Shown: positions 21,832 through 31,666 of the stretch, piece after piece | Layout of the letters: each line of letters opens with the position of its first letter | Position numbering within the stretch: the stretch's first letter is position 1 | Origin: a virus | Strand: one strand, 5' to 3' | IMG/VR virus record: IMGVR_UViG_3300048599_000048 | DNA length: 39,760 nucleotides | The notes under the pieces: generated by a model | The model's input: the letters and a program-made list of their open reading frames with translations, nothing else | Database searches by the model: none | Told to the model about the DNA's origin: nothing | Program-made: the position numbers and the translations under genes

Positions 21832-22809
21832 TCAGACCTCGAAATGACCGGCTACCCGGATCGATGCGACCGAACTCAACCCGGCTCGGGTCAGGGCAGA
21901 GAGGGCGCCGCCGGAGAAAATCAGCAGTCGGACAGCAGTTGTGTTTTCCAGAATGTCGGCCACCGGAGGCGTGGTCACCGCGGCATCCAGACCGCTACAC
22001 ACGACAGACAAAGGGGGTCTGTTTCCAGCTGTCGAGTTCGATGTGAAAGGAAGCCCTGATATCGTTATGTCGCCCGCGGCTAGCGTGCCAAAGGCGGCAA
22101 GCTGAACGTTGATGACGAATTGCACACAGTTCCCGACCTTCGTGTATCGGCCCACCTGCGTCGCATAAGTCGGCGTTCCACCGCCAGAAGAGACCACGGT
22201 CGGGGTGAATGTGCCCTCTCCGTAGTCGTCAAGCGTGTTTGCGTTGCTTGATGGGTTCTGTGTTGAGGGGAAGGCGAGTTGGCCGTTGAAAACCTCGGCG
22301 GTCGATATTTGAAACTCTGTTCCGTCGTACCGGACAACGACGATTTCGCCAGACAGAATGTCGTTTGCGACAAGCGCAACCCCGTCGCGGCCTACCACGT
22401 CTTTAGCGCCCAATCCGTTGATGTTGATCGTCACGGCGCCAGTGTTTGCGCCCGCAGCAATAAATCGGAACTCTTGTCCCGCCGCGTAAGCCGACAACCC
22501 AATCGGGGCCGACGCGGTAATGGTGTCTGTGCCAGAAACGCTAGTCAGATACGTGAAACTACCGTCCTGCACCTGTGACGCCCTTGCATATTGGGTGCGA
22601 GCGGATGCAGTATTGACGTTTGTGTGTTTGTACCCGCCCATGGGAAGATCGGCGGTCGGAACGGTTTGACCATCTTTTGAAATCGACTGCGTTAGGGCCG
22701 TTGCGATGTCGTTTATTTCCGCATCAAGTTCAGACCCGTCAGCGGTCGTGCCGTTGGTGTAAGCCGACCCAGGTACGCGGGTGTAATTCCCGCTGCCGTC
22801 GCGTGCCAT
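21832..22809 (-). CDS. Tail fibre protein
   Basis: 325 aa; N-terminus ..DGSGNYTRVPGS..DGSELDAEINDIATALTQSISKDGQT..MGGYKHTNV typical of short tail-fibre anchors; Gly/Ser/Thr-rich remainder. Confidence 0.7.
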   Translation of the reverse strand: MARDGSGNYTRVPGSAYTNGTTADGSELDAEINDIATALTQSISKDGQTVPTADLPMGGYKHTNVNTASARTQYARASQVQDGSFTYLTSVSGTDTITASAPIGLSAYAAGQEFRFIAAGANTGAVTININGLGAKDVVGRDGVALVANDILSGEIVVVRYDGTEFQISTAEVFNGQLAFPSTQNPSSNANTLDDYGEGTFTPTVVSSGGGTPTYATQVGRYTKVGNCVQFVINVQLAAFGTLAAGDITISGLPFTSNSTAGNRPPLSVVCSGLDAAVTTPPVADILENTTAVRLLIFSGGALSALTRAGLSSVASIRVAGHFEV

Positions 22810-22826
22810 GAGCTACTCCTGAAATG

Positions 22827-22850
22827 AAAAAACCCGCACGGAGGCGGGTC
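22827..22850 (-). terminator. Intrinsic terminator upstream of the tail fibre gene
   Basis: Minus strand ACCCGC-cuccgu-GCGGGU followed by UUUUUU. Confidence 0.65.
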
Positions 22851-22933
22851 TTATGACTGATGAGCAACAGCAACGAATAATTGCCATGTGTGCGTTCTTC
22901 GCTGCGTGGCCGTTTCTAGTAACTGCAATCAGG

Positions 22934-24625
22934 TCACTGTTGCAGCGCGCTACTCGCACCAAAACTGAGGACTGGCGCGGATTTGCGTATCACTTCGGCC
23001 AACTGCTTGGCTTGGGCTGGGCGACGTGTAAGAAGATTGGCCGTCGCGCGATCTAGGACGGGAGCGTAAGGCGCAGCAGCCGCCAGAGCGGCAGCAAGCG
23101 TCGCGGGTTCAAGCATTGCCCCGCCGCCAAGCGCACCACCGGCTATCAGTCCGCGCCCGATGGAACCCGAATCCGGATACTTGTTTGCAAGCACAGACTT
23201 TCCGGCGTCCGTCAAATCCTGCATGAATGCCGTCCCGGTCGCGGTCGCCCCTTTGCCAACGGATGAGTCGCCCGCCCTGACCGCTGCGGCAAGTTGTGCC
23301 GGCGTGAATTTCCCGCTGTCTGTGCCTGCTCTTGATGCGGCATCCCTTATTCGGGCGTAATTCGCATATCCGGCATTCGTTTTTGCGAGCTCATCTGCAA
23401 CTTGAGGGTTCTGCCTCGCAACGGTCTGTCTGAAGATGCTTTGCGCCTCGCGCAGTGCATCGCCAAGCTTTTGTTGATACGCATCTGCAGACTTAGAGAA
23501 CCGCTTGATCTCTTTGCCTAGCTGGCTTTCTACGCGCTTGACGACCTCGCCAGTCATGCCGCCGTTAGGCGACATCTGACCGAACACTTCGCGCTGCAAA
23601 ATTTTCTCGAACTGCGCCGCTTCGCGTTCAGGCAACTCACCCGCAAGGCTGCGAAGGCTCGTAATGCTTGACGTGAAGCCGTCGTCCGCAACCATGCTGG
23701 TGCGCGATGCAATGTCGTCGTAAGAAGCGCCTAGCGCGTCCTTAACGGCCTGAACGCCACCCCGGCCAACGTCATCAGGCGTGGCTGCGATCCCGCGAAG
23801 TGCGCGTGCGTAGGCAGCCCTGTTGAACTGGTCAAGCCCTCTTCCACGGGCAGCGTTGATGACATCCCCCAGGCCCGGAATGCTGGTCGCGCGGTCCTCA
23901 AGAGCCTGCCACCGACCGCCAAGCACTTGTCCCGGCGTCGGAGTAATCCCCTCATCCATCAGTGCTTTGACCTGCGGGCGCGTGTTTGGGCTGACGACTC
24001 GACCAAGCCCCGCCAGGACGGGCGTTAGAAGTGCGCCAGTTGCCGCCCCTGTCGCAATCTGCGAGCGCTTTTCATCCCAAAAATCGCCCTCGGTCACAGG
24101 CTGCAGCGCGCTCAGGCCGGCGCTTTGTGCGGCTGCCAACGCGGTGCGCCCAGCAAGCGACGCCGGGAGTTTTGCGGCCGTGGCGCCGGGGATGGCAAAG
24201 GACGCAGCAACATTTCCGGACAGTCGCGCAGCGTCGAATCCATCTCGCCCCGATGCCGCACGGGCGTCCTGATACGCCCGCTCGTCCTGCTGTATCTTCT
24301 CGTTCAGCCCGCCTTCCGGCACAGTCCCAACAATGCCTGTTTTTTGCGCAAGCCAGTTGTTTGCTGCATCACCCGCTTGTTGCACTGACGTGGGCAGGGA
24401 GTTGTAGAGAAGTTGCGCGCCGCCGTCGAGCAGATCGCGTGCGCCCTGCACAAACCCGCCAGCAGCAGAGCCTTGGAAGCTCCCCGGCTTTGGAGAGGCT
24501 GACACCATGCGCTCTGCAGCATCGGCGCCGGTCATTCCCTTGATGGCTGCGACAATCTGCTCGTCGCTCATCCCATCCGGAAATTCAACCTCCCCTTGGC
24601 CGGGGACATCGATGATCTGAGGCAT
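22934..24625 (-). CDS. Internal virion / ejection protein (563 aa)
   Basis: ORF track; Ala/Gly-rich, hydrophobic Gly-rich C-terminal segment; position between tail-body genes and the fibre (position-based call). Confidence 0.5.
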   Translation of the reverse strand: MPQIIDVPGQGEVEFPDGMSDEQIVAAIKGMTGADAAERMVSASPKPGSFQGSAAGGFVQGARDLLDGGAQLLYNSLPTSVQQAGDAANNWLAQKTGIVGTVPEGGLNEKIQQDERAYQDARAASGRDGFDAARLSGNVAASFAIPGATAAKLPASLAGRTALAAAQSAGLSALQPVTEGDFWDEKRSQIATGAATGALLTPVLAGLGRVVSPNTRPQVKALMDEGITPTPGQVLGGRWQALEDRATSIPGLGDVINAARGRGLDQFNRAAYARALRGIAATPDDVGRGGVQAVKDALGASYDDIASRTSMVADDGFTSSITSLRSLAGELPEREAAQFEKILQREVFGQMSPNGGMTGEVVKRVESQLGKEIKRFSKSADAYQQKLGDALREAQSIFRQTVARQNPQVADELAKTNAGYANYARIRDAASRAGTDSGKFTPAQLAAAVRAGDSSVGKGATATGTAFMQDLTDAGKSVLANKYPDSGSIGRGLIAGGALGGGAMLEPATLAAALAAAAPYAPVLDRATANLLTRRPAQAKQLAEVIRKSAPVLSFGASSALQQ

Positions 24626-25947
24626 TACATGTCCTCCAGCTTGCCCGTGGCCGGGTTGAAGCGGCGGCGCTTGCCTGCGCCAGCATCATTCACAGCCGGC
24701 GCAACACCTTCGCGTGCGGACACATCAAGCGGATCAAGGCCGTAGTTCTGGCGAATGACATCAACGTCCATCTTCCGGAGGGCGATTGCGCGCTCGTTGA
24801 TCTTCTTTATTTCCTGCAGGCGCTTCTTCACGACCTTGGGATCGTTGATGTTTGCGATAAGCGCGTTCCACTCGCGCTGTGCGTCGCCTTCAGTCTGAAC
24901 GCCCTTGTTCAGCCTCAAGGATGCGTTTCGCATGTTTTCAAGCGAGGCTTCAAACGTGGCGAAATTCTGGCTTTCCGGAGAACTCATGCCGACGGCGTTG
25001 CGGGCCTTGCTTTTCACGTTCTCAACGGGGCCAAGCTTCAGACTGCCGCTGTCGATCTGCCCAACAAGCGCGTCAATATCTGCAGCGCTCCCAGACGCGG
25101 CGTTGATCGCATCCAGACTTTCCTGCTGCAGCTTCAGGGCTGCAGACGGGAGTTGCCCGCCCTTGTTATCCTTCGGTGGCGCTTCGCCAATTGCTTGGCC
25201 TGTGCGGGCATCAATGACCGTCGGCTTTCCATCGCGCATGACAGTCGTCAGCGTGGGAGCAGGAGCAGGACGATTAGCAGCAGCAAGCCCCGCTGTGAAT
25301 TGCGCAAGTTCTCGGCGGCCGTCCATCTGCATCTGCGCAAGCTCACGTTGCAGCGCTGCGCGCTCTTCGCGTGCAAGCTGGCTGTCCTGCAATCGCATCT
25401 GCAGTTCTTGCGCTCTCTGCTCGCGTGCGGCTTGGCGCTCCATCGTCTGTGCTTCCAGTTGCTTGTTCTGGAACTCGCGCATCTGCGCCTGGTTCGCCAT
25501 GTTTCCGCCAAGTTGGGCAACTTGCGGGCCGAACTGCAGGCCACGCATCGACCACTGCATGTAATCCTCTGCGGTCGGCATGGTGGTAGTGGTCACGTCC
25601 TCAAACGAGCCGGCGCCCGGACGGTCACCGACAAGCTGCTTGGTCGTCTCCGTCTTTGCACCCGGCATGCTCTTGAGGTATTCGGCAAGGTCGGCTTGCT
25701 TGCGCTCATTCAGCGCACGTTCGCCCGCTTGAGCATCCGCCATTTCTCTCGCGCCGGAATACTGGCGCAGGGCGTTTGCAAGGTAGTTGAGCGGATTGGT
25801 GGCGACGAACTGATTTCCCACCATCTGCCCGCCCGGAAGTTGCTGCTGACCCTGTGCCCTCAGCGCTTCGGCGTACTTCTTGCGCTGCTCAAGCTGCTGC
25901 GCCTCGGCGTCATAGTCGGTCATGTTTCCAAAGCTGACGGTTTTCAT
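24625..25947 (-). CDS. Internal virion protein, coiled-coil rich (440 aa)
   Basis: Internal ATG MKTVSFGN..; long Gln/Glu/Arg heptad-like stretch (..REQRAQELQMRLQDSQLAREERAALQRELAQMQ..). Confidence 0.5.
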   Translation of the reverse strand: MKTVSFGNMTDYDAEAQQLEQRKKYAEALRAQGQQQLPGGQMVGNQFVATNPLNYLANALRQYSGAREMADAQAGERALNERKQADLAEYLKSMPGAKTETTKQLVGDRPGAGSFEDVTTTTMPTAEDYMQWSMRGLQFGPQVAQLGGNMANQAQMREFQNKQLEAQTMERQAAREQRAQELQMRLQDSQLAREERAALQRELAQMQMDGRRELAQFTAGLAAANRPAPAPTLTTVMRDGKPTVIDARTGQAIGEAPPKDNKGGQLPSAALKLQQESLDAINAASGSAADIDALVGQIDSGSLKLGPVENVKSKARNAVGMSSPESQNFATFEASLENMRNASLRLNKGVQTEGDAQREWNALIANINDPKVVKKRLQEIKKINERAIALRKMDVDVIRQNYGLDPLDVSAREGVAPAVNDAGAGKRRRFNPATGKLEDM

Positions 25948-25948
25948 G

Positions 25949-26851
25949 TTAGAACCCCATCGCCTTTCCGATCCACGGCGAACCAAGCGCCGCGCCGCCA
26001 ATGTTGAACAGCCCCCCCATCAGCCCGGCGCCCGCCGCTTGCTCCGCGTTGTAGGCGTTCATAGCTGCGCCATACTGCGCATTGGCGGCACTCAGCAAGT
26101 CAGGGCCGGTAGTGGTCTGCTGCTGCGGGACGTTCGTGAATGTCGGGTTTGTGACCTGCGCACCGGAGCGCACCGCGTTCAGCGTGTTCAGCGGCTCGTT
26201 GCGGAAGAACGCCTGTTCCTGAATCGTCTGCTGGCGCGCTTGGTTTCCAACGTCAATGCCACGGATTGCGGCGGCCAGTTGCAGGTCGTTGTTCTTCTGC
26301 GCTTGGTTGTACATCTCAGCGCCATACGCATCCGAGCCAATCGTGATGCCTTGGTTCTGCAGGCGCGAACGCAGCGCCTCGTCCTGTCGGTCAAGCGTCG
26401 GCTGCATGCGGCGCATTAGCGCTTCTTGCCCCGTCTCCCCCGCATTGACCGTCTGAGCCGGCAGCATGCCCTGATCAAACGGCTTGGACAGCATGTTGCT
26501 GACGTAATCCAGACCGCTGTTTTGCAGGTTTGCAAGGCCAAGCGAAGTTTTATTCTGCGCATCCAGCAACTTTTGCTGTGAAGGCGCAAGTTGAACATCA
26601 GACCGCCACTTGTCATCACCTAGATCGGTGTAGATCAAATTGCCGTAAGGCGTGTATTGGCTGACACGGTTTGCCTTGGCAGCGATCCGCGCGGCATCAG
26701 CATTGCCCTGTGCGGTGGCAACAGCGGCGCCTTGATAATCGGGAGGGTCTGGTGCGTCTCCTTTGCCGCCACCTTCAAGCGTCAGCAGACGCCCACCAAG
26801 GCTTTGAAACGCGCGGACGGGAAGATCAGGAATGTGAAGATGATGTTTCAT
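25949..26851 (-). CDS. Virion structural / ejection protein (300 aa)
   Basis: ORF track; Gln/Asn/Gly-rich, Gly-rich hydrophobic C-terminus; position-based. Confidence 0.5.
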   Translation of the reverse strand: MKHHLHIPDLPVRAFQSLGGRLLTLEGGGKGDAPDPPDYQGAAVATAQGNADAARIAAKANRVSQYTPYGNLIYTDLGDDKWRSDVQLAPSQQKLLDAQNKTSLGLANLQNSGLDYVSNMLSKPFDQGMLPAQTVNAGETGQEALMRRMQPTLDRQDEALRSRLQNQGITIGSDAYGAEMYNQAQKNNDLQLAAAIRGIDVGNQARQQTIQEQAFFRNEPLNTLNAVRSGAQVTNPTFTNVPQQQTTTGPDLLSAANAQYGAAMNAYNAEQAAGAGLMGGLFNIGGAALGSPWIGKAMGF

Positions 26852-27248
26852 TGCCCCACCTCAAAAAACGGCAGTCCTCTTTCCAGAGGACAAGCACAAC
26901 CAAATCGGATTGATTGCGACCGGCTTTGATGAGGGTTGCCTCATGCTTGAAACCTATTCGCTCATTCAAATGCAAAGCCTCTGTGTTGGTCGAATCAACC
27001 AACCCAGTAAGGCGACAACAACCAAGCTTGTTAAACGGATAGTCAGCGACAGCCCACCAGAATTTGCGCGGCGGTGGTGCGTCTATGCGTTGATGGACAA
27101 AGATGTTTGCCCCGGTCAGGCCCTCATAAGCGACGCCGGCTATCAACTCGCCGTCACGCTGCCAGCCTATCCCCTGCGTCTGCTCACCAACATAACCACC
27201 GACCTCGTCATAAACCCACTGCGCTACTCCGGGACCAATGACCAGCAT
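26826..27248 (-). CDS. GNAT-like acetyltransferase embedded in the tail module
   Basis: 140 aa; ..FNKLGCCRLTGLVDSTNTEALHLNERIGFKHEATL.. matches the RimJ/RimL-type GNAT C-terminal motif (h.h.V...N..A..L.E+.GF..E). Confidence 0.5.
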   Translation of the reverse strand: MLVIGPGVAQWVYDEVGGYVGEQTQGIGWQRDGELIAGVAYEGLTGANIFVHQRIDAPPPRKFWWAVADYPFNKLGCCRLTGLVDSTNTEALHLNERIGFKHEATLIKAGRNQSDLVVLVLWKEDCRFLRWGNETSSSHS

Positions 27249-28819
27249 CAGAGTATTCCGCCCGCCTCAAACACGTAATCTGTCGCGTTCCATCGGATTT
27301 CTATGTCTTTGGACTCGCACTTGAGGTACAAGGACGCGCAATAGCCGATCCCGGCCGCGTGCTGCCAACTCGTAAGCTGCCTGAGCCCGCCAGCCCATTG
27401 GAACGCGCCCCAGGTTGCCGAACCCCACAAAGGGGTAGAGCCGCCCGCGCCGTATGAAACGACGGTGGTAGGCGGCCGGTTCTCGAACTCGTAATTAATG
27501 CCAATGTAGAAAGTCGGCTCGCCGTCCGACTGCAGCATCGGGCGAACCATCTTGAAGTGCTTTTCAAGCTTGTTGCCGAAGTAGTGATACGACTGCAGAC
27601 AATCGACAGCGATGTTTATGCCGTTGGCACCCGCGGACGTGGCATTGTCGCTGTAGCCTGTCCATGCCTTATAGACGGCACTCTGCCCGCCGAAGTACGG
27701 GGCGTCAGAGAACAACTCCCAGCAGAGCGCGTTCTGTCCTTCAAAGCGCGTCCATGCCCCACTAATCGTGTTCATCGCCCATTGGTGTTGCATGGTCGAA
27801 CTGTCCGGCACATTCACGATAAGCATGTTGATCGACGGGTGCAGGAATACTTGCCACCCGGTATTGCTGGCCAGCGTTTCAGCGTCGCGCGAAATGAGCG
27901 GCTGAATCTTGTCCGTCAGCGTGTTCTGCGAATTGACGCCAGACGACACCAGAGCCTTTGAGAGCTGCTGAACGCCAGACTTCGACAGGTAGGCAACATC
28001 TCCGCCCATGCCATCAAAGCAGCGTCTTCCAAGCGGCTCTGCAAGCCTCCATACGCCGACAAGCGCCCATGTCGATGCAGAACTCGGGTCGGTGCCCTTA
28101 TAGACAAGGCACTCGCCGCGAGAGGTGATGAAAACAAGGTGGTCGTCCATCCCCTCGCCTGCATCCACCGTCCAAGTCGTAGCAGCAACGAGGTATCCGC
28201 CAAGCTTGCACAGGCTGCGCAGGTCGAACACAGACGCAGCCCCGCCGATTGACTGCGTAGGCAGGTAAGCCGCGCGCAGGCCGTCTTTCAGGATGAACCA
28301 CAGCCGATCCTTGTGTGCAGTGACATGCACAATGTCTGTGGTCGTGATACCCGTAATCGCCGGAGTTGATACGCCATCAATCGCCGTCCAAGTCGCGCCG
28401 TTGTACAACTGCGGCTTATCCAGCCCATTCACCAGATACATGAACGAACCGCCAGACGTGCTGAAATTGACGTGCTGGCAGTAGGCAGAAGTAAGCCCGG
28501 TAACCACAGCAGCGCCGACAGCGCCTGCCGATGTCACGTCAAAGATCGAATCTCCAGCCACTGCGAATAGGCTGGTAGCCGTGCCGCTGGTGTATGTGCA
28601 GAGGCTTTCTACGGGATCAGAAAACCCGGTGACATGCTGGCGGTATCCGCGACGGTTTCCAACGTAGTACGGCGTCGGCCACCAATTGACCATATACACC
28701 GCATCTTCTTCGTGCATCGCGGCCAGCGCGTCTTTCGCGTTGATTCCGCGGACTGGTGCTGGAACGGTCGCCGTCTGCGAAACACGAGACCCGCGAGACG
28801 ACTTGATCGGCTTTCTCAT
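27248..28819 (-). CDS. Large tail structural protein (523 aa; tail-tube/nozzle position)
   Basis: ORF track; beta-rich composition; position between adaptor-like gene and ejection proteins (position-based). Confidence 0.5.
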   Translation of the reverse strand: MRKPIKSSRGSRVSQTATVPAPVRGINAKDALAAMHEEDAVYMVNWWPTPYYVGNRRGYRQHVTGFSDPVESLCTYTSGTATSLFAVAGDSIFDVTSAGAVGAAVVTGLTSAYCQHVNFSTSGGSFMYLVNGLDKPQLYNGATWTAIDGVSTPAITGITTTDIVHVTAHKDRLWFILKDGLRAAYLPTQSIGGAASVFDLRSLCKLGGYLVAATTWTVDAGEGMDDHLVFITSRGECLVYKGTDPSSASTWALVGVWRLAEPLGRRCFDGMGGDVAYLSKSGVQQLSKALVSSGVNSQNTLTDKIQPLISRDAETLASNTGWQVFLHPSINMLIVNVPDSSTMQHQWAMNTISGAWTRFEGQNALCWELFSDAPYFGGQSAVYKAWTGYSDNATSAGANGINIAVDCLQSYHYFGNKLEKHFKMVRPMLQSDGEPTFYIGINYEFENRPPTTVVSYGAGGSTPLWGSATWGAFQWAGGLRQLTSWQHAAGIGYCASLYLKCESKDIEIRWNATDYVFEAGGIL

Positions 28820-29523
28820 ACCGTCCAGTTCCCATCCGGGATAGTCGGTACGCCGAAATCATCCATGAACGTCCCGCCATGAAGGAACATGTCGGGCGCC
28901 GATCCATCCTCGCCCATCAAAGACGAAACTTTGCGCTCTGCCTTGGTGAAGTCCTCGGCATACTCCAAGCCCTTAACCTGCCTCCAGCGCCAGATAAGCC
29001 CCAGCAACAGCGCGTCGTCATCAAGCAAGTGCGTGTCGTCATCGCGCGTGAATTGCTCTTTGCGCGTTGCGTCCGCAGCAACAGCCCATCGCTTGTCGAT
29101 GTACTCAAACGAATACGACTGACCAGCAGCGGGAGCCGGCTGCAGCATCAGATTTCCGCCGCGCACGTACCACGCCGGATCAATCAGCGATGCAAGCCCG
29201 GACTTCAGGCGCTGATACTGCCTTGGGGTGATCGGCCCGGGGGCTTCACGCTGTTGCGACCGATTCCACATCGTTTCCGAGATGAAGCGGCGGAAACCCG
29301 GTGCGAGCGTTGAAAGCGCCCCCTGAGACACCGTTGCAACGCTGGTAAAGGTCGCCTCGGTCTGCAGGTTGGTCCAGTCAAAACGGCTAGAAAGGTCGCG
29401 CCCTTCCTCGTTCAGGAGCGACAGCATCTGCGTGACTTGCGGGTCTGTCGAGTTAGCCGCCGTGTTGGGCACAGCAAACCCAACGCGACGACACGCCTCC
29501 TGAACGATTTCGAGCGCATTCAT
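28816..29523 (-). CDS. Head-to-tail adaptor-like structural protein (235 aa)
   Basis: ORF track; ATGA-coupled to the 523-aa gene; position-based. Confidence 0.45.
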   Translation of the reverse strand: MNALEIVQEACRRVGFAVPNTAANSTDPQVTQMLSLLNEEGRDLSSRFDWTNLQTEATFTSVATVSQGALSTLAPGFRRFISETMWNRSQQREAPGPITPRQYQRLKSGLASLIDPAWYVRGGNLMLQPAPAAGQSYSFEYIDKRWAVAADATRKEQFTRDDDTHLLDDDALLLGLIWRWRQVKGLEYAEDFTKAERKVSSLMGEDGSAPDMFLHGGTFMDDFGVPTIPDGNWTV

Positions 29524-30096
29524 TTATTCGGCATCCTTCGGGGGACGGCCACGGCGCGGCGCTTCGTTGAGTTTCGCCATCACCTCGGCCAGTTGTTCCT
29601 GCAGTCGCTTGTTGCTTTCCTCAAGCTCTGCCATGCGTGCAGCGTCAGCCATTGCCGGCGCGTTGTTGCTGGCCTGCTTGAGCCATGCACGCGCCTTCAC
29701 GCGCAGTTGCTCGCCACCCATGCCAACGCGCTGAATCTGCGTATCCGACAGGTCGGCCAGTTGCTCAACGGTCGCCACACCTACGGCGCGCAGCGTGTCA
29801 GCCTGCGAGCGGGTCACGGCTGCCCATTCGGCGAGCGGAGTCCCCATCACAGGGGCTGCGGACTGGTACTGCTGGAAGTGATGCCAATGGCGCGGGAAAC
29901 GCTTCTTGTGGTTGTCCCGCACCTTGGTATCAATGATCGTTGTCGGATCGCCTGGGACTTGGATGCGCACAAACGGCACATCCTTGAACACAGGGTGTCC
30001 AGCTTCTTCGCTTGCTTTCTCGTCCTTGACGGACTCCATACGGAACTCAACGTGCAGCTTTTCGTCCGCGCGCGGATCGATTTCCCCATCAATCAT
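29524..30096 (-). CDS. Virion-module protein (190 aa) with helix-hairpin-helix-like segment
   Basis: ORF track; ..LRAVGVATVEQLADLSDTQIQRVGMGG..; C-terminal coiled coil. Confidence 0.5.
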   Translation of the reverse strand: MIDGEIDPRADEKLHVEFRMESVKDEKASEEAGHPVFKDVPFVRIQVPGDPTTIIDTKVRDNHKKRFPRHWHHFQQYQSAAPVMGTPLAEWAAVTRSQADTLRAVGVATVEQLADLSDTQIQRVGMGGEQLRVKARAWLKQASNNAPAMADAARMAELEESNKRLQEQLAEVMAKLNEAPRRGRPPKDAE

Positions 30097-30118
30097 TTAT
30101 GTTCTCCTTGTGGCCCCC

Positions 30119-30146
30119 AAAAAAGCCCCGGAGCCGAAGCCCCGAG
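30119..30146 (-). terminator. Intrinsic terminator after capsid and decoration genes
   Basis: Minus strand CUCGGGGC-UUCG-GCUCCGGG (8 bp, two G-U) followed by GCUUUUUU. Confidence 0.7.
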
Positions 30147-30161
30147 GCAAGGGGGAAAGCG

Positions 30162-30650
30162 TTACAGAGTGCGACCGACGTACGGGTAAGTGACGAAGGC
30201 CGAAACTGCGCCCGCAGCACCACCGTTAGCAGCCAGCAGGGACACGCCGTTGATGACTTCCGCGCCGGCAGTGGCGTCGTCGTCAAGTTGGCCCGCAGTG
30301 GCCGTGCTGTTCAGCGTGGTGCCCTTTGCCGCCGAAGCAGCAACGCGCACAGAACCCACACCGCAAATCAGGCCCCAGCCGTAACCCGAGGCAGCGATAG
30401 CTACCTGCGGGATAACGACCGGCATGCCGGCAGAAACGCCCGGCGCGGAGTTGGTCGTATCCACCATGTCCGCGGTAAAGGACGCATCCTCAACCACAGC
30501 GGCGTAATACTGGGTGACGCCGCCCGAGTCGGCCTGTACGAACAGGTACTCGTTGCCGTCGTCATCCTTGCCGCGCTGACCGGGGCGGAAAGGGGGGGTT
30601 TCCGTCGAGGTCCAAACCTGCGACGGGGTAATGCCGATTACGTAGCTCAT
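30162..30650 (-). CDS. Capsid decoration / cement protein candidate (162 aa)
   Basis: ORF track; beta-rich, directly downstream of the major capsid gene and upstream of a strong terminator. Confidence 0.45.
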   Translation of the reverse strand: MSYVIGITPSQVWTSTETPPFRPGQRGKDDDGNEYLFVQADSGGVTQYYAAVVEDASFTADMVDTTNSAPGVSAGMPVVIPQVAIAASGYGWGLICGVGSVRVAASAAKGTTLNSTATAGQLDDDATAGAEVINGVSLLAANGGAAGAVSAFVTYPYVGRTL

Positions 30651-30659
30651 GATTCCTCC

Positions 30660-31655
30660 TTAAGCCTGCAGGACGCCTTGGAACTGCGCCCCCGAACAAG
30701 TCATATTGCCGGCCCAGCCGATGTGACGGACCACCGCATCCTGATTGACCGACTGACGATCTCCACCAATCGGCTTGAAGTTGCGGGCCGAATGCGGACG
30801 CCAGTGCAGGAACTTGGTGTTGATGAAGTACATGGTATCGGTCGGGCAGTTGCCGCCGATGCCACCGTCAAGCACCACGTCACACGAACCACCCGCGCCG
30901 TAGTACTTCAGCGCAGTGAAGCCAGCGCCAACGGTCGAGTTGCCATCGCCAAGACGCTGGATGCTCTGCAGCGATTCCAGGTAATGACGGTAGTAGTTCG
31001 AGTCAGCCACGATCAGGTCAGGACGATCAGTGCCGCGCACCAGTTGCACGATGACGCGGTTCATCAGACCCTGCATGGTGGTCGGGCCGGGGGTGACCGT
31101 CAGGGCCGACGCATCGACAACAACGTTGCGCCAGAAGGCCCAAGTGCCGCGGTCAATGCCGCCGTAAGTGCCGCTGCCAGGAGTGGCCGAGATAGCAGCC
31201 TGCAGGCCGGTAATGTTCTTGCCGGCGTTGCCCGTGCCGTCGCCGTACAGGTCGGTCGAAATGCGGTTCATCAGGTCCGCCTCGGCGATCTTGATGCGCG
31301 ACTCCATCAGATCGATGAACGCTTCCTCGCCCGCGTTCTGGAGCATTTCCAGACCGGACATGGTGACGGCGGCGCTGTACTGCTTGATGTCGAACTGCGC
31401 AGCAGAGATCGGCGAATTCACACCGATGTTCAGCAGTTCATAGCCCGAGTACGAATTGGCGTTTGTGGTCGAGCTATCCGGGTACATCAGTTCTTCGTAG
31501 ATGATCCGGCCACCCGAGAACGGGCGGGAGTTGCCGCGCTGCTTCAGCTTCGACAGAAGGGCGTTGTTGTCGGTCAGGTTGTCGGCGAGAGTGCCGGAAC
31601 GCTGTTCGATGGTGGTAGCGATCAGGTCGCTTACCGCGCTGTTGGCAAAAGCCAT
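30660..31655 (-). CDS. Major capsid protein
   Basis: 331 aa; AAGGAG SD; follows the scaffold gene. N-terminal MAFANSAVSDLIATTIEQRSGTLADN.. and size typical of HK97-fold capsid proteins of this phage type. Confidence 0.75.
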   Translation of the reverse strand: MAFANSAVSDLIATTIEQRSGTLADNLTDNNALLSKLKQRGNSRPFSGGRIIYEELMYPDSSTTNANSYSGYELLNIGVNSPISAAQFDIKQYSAAVTMSGLEMLQNAGEEAFIDLMESRIKIAEADLMNRISTDLYGDGTGNAGKNITGLQAAISATPGSGTYGGIDRGTWAFWRNVVVDASALTVTPGPTTMQGLMNRVIVQLVRGTDRPDLIVADSNYYRHYLESLQSIQRLGDGNSTVGAGFTALKYYGAGGSCDVVLDGGIGGNCPTDTMYFINTKFLHWRPHSARNFKPIGGDRQSVNQDAVVRHIGWAGNMTCSGAQFQGVLQA

Positions 31656-31666
31656 GGTCTAGCTCC

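Noticed and set aside
21832-22809. Diversity-generating retroelement, expected by analogy with BPP-1-type phages (variable repeat at the tail-fibre 3' end)
   Set aside because: No reverse-transcriptase-like ORF anywhere in the genome, and I saw no second near-copy (template repeat) of the fibre 3' end
22853-23056. 67-aa plus-strand ORF after the tail-fibre terminator
   Set aside because: Two thirds of it is antisense to the 3' end of the 563-aa virion gene; no SD; probably fortuitous
25153-26007. 284-aa plus-strand ORF (similar cases at 24905-25564, 29437-30189, 36092-36817, 4640-5290)
   Set aside because: Antisense shadows of clearly coding minus-strand late or early genes
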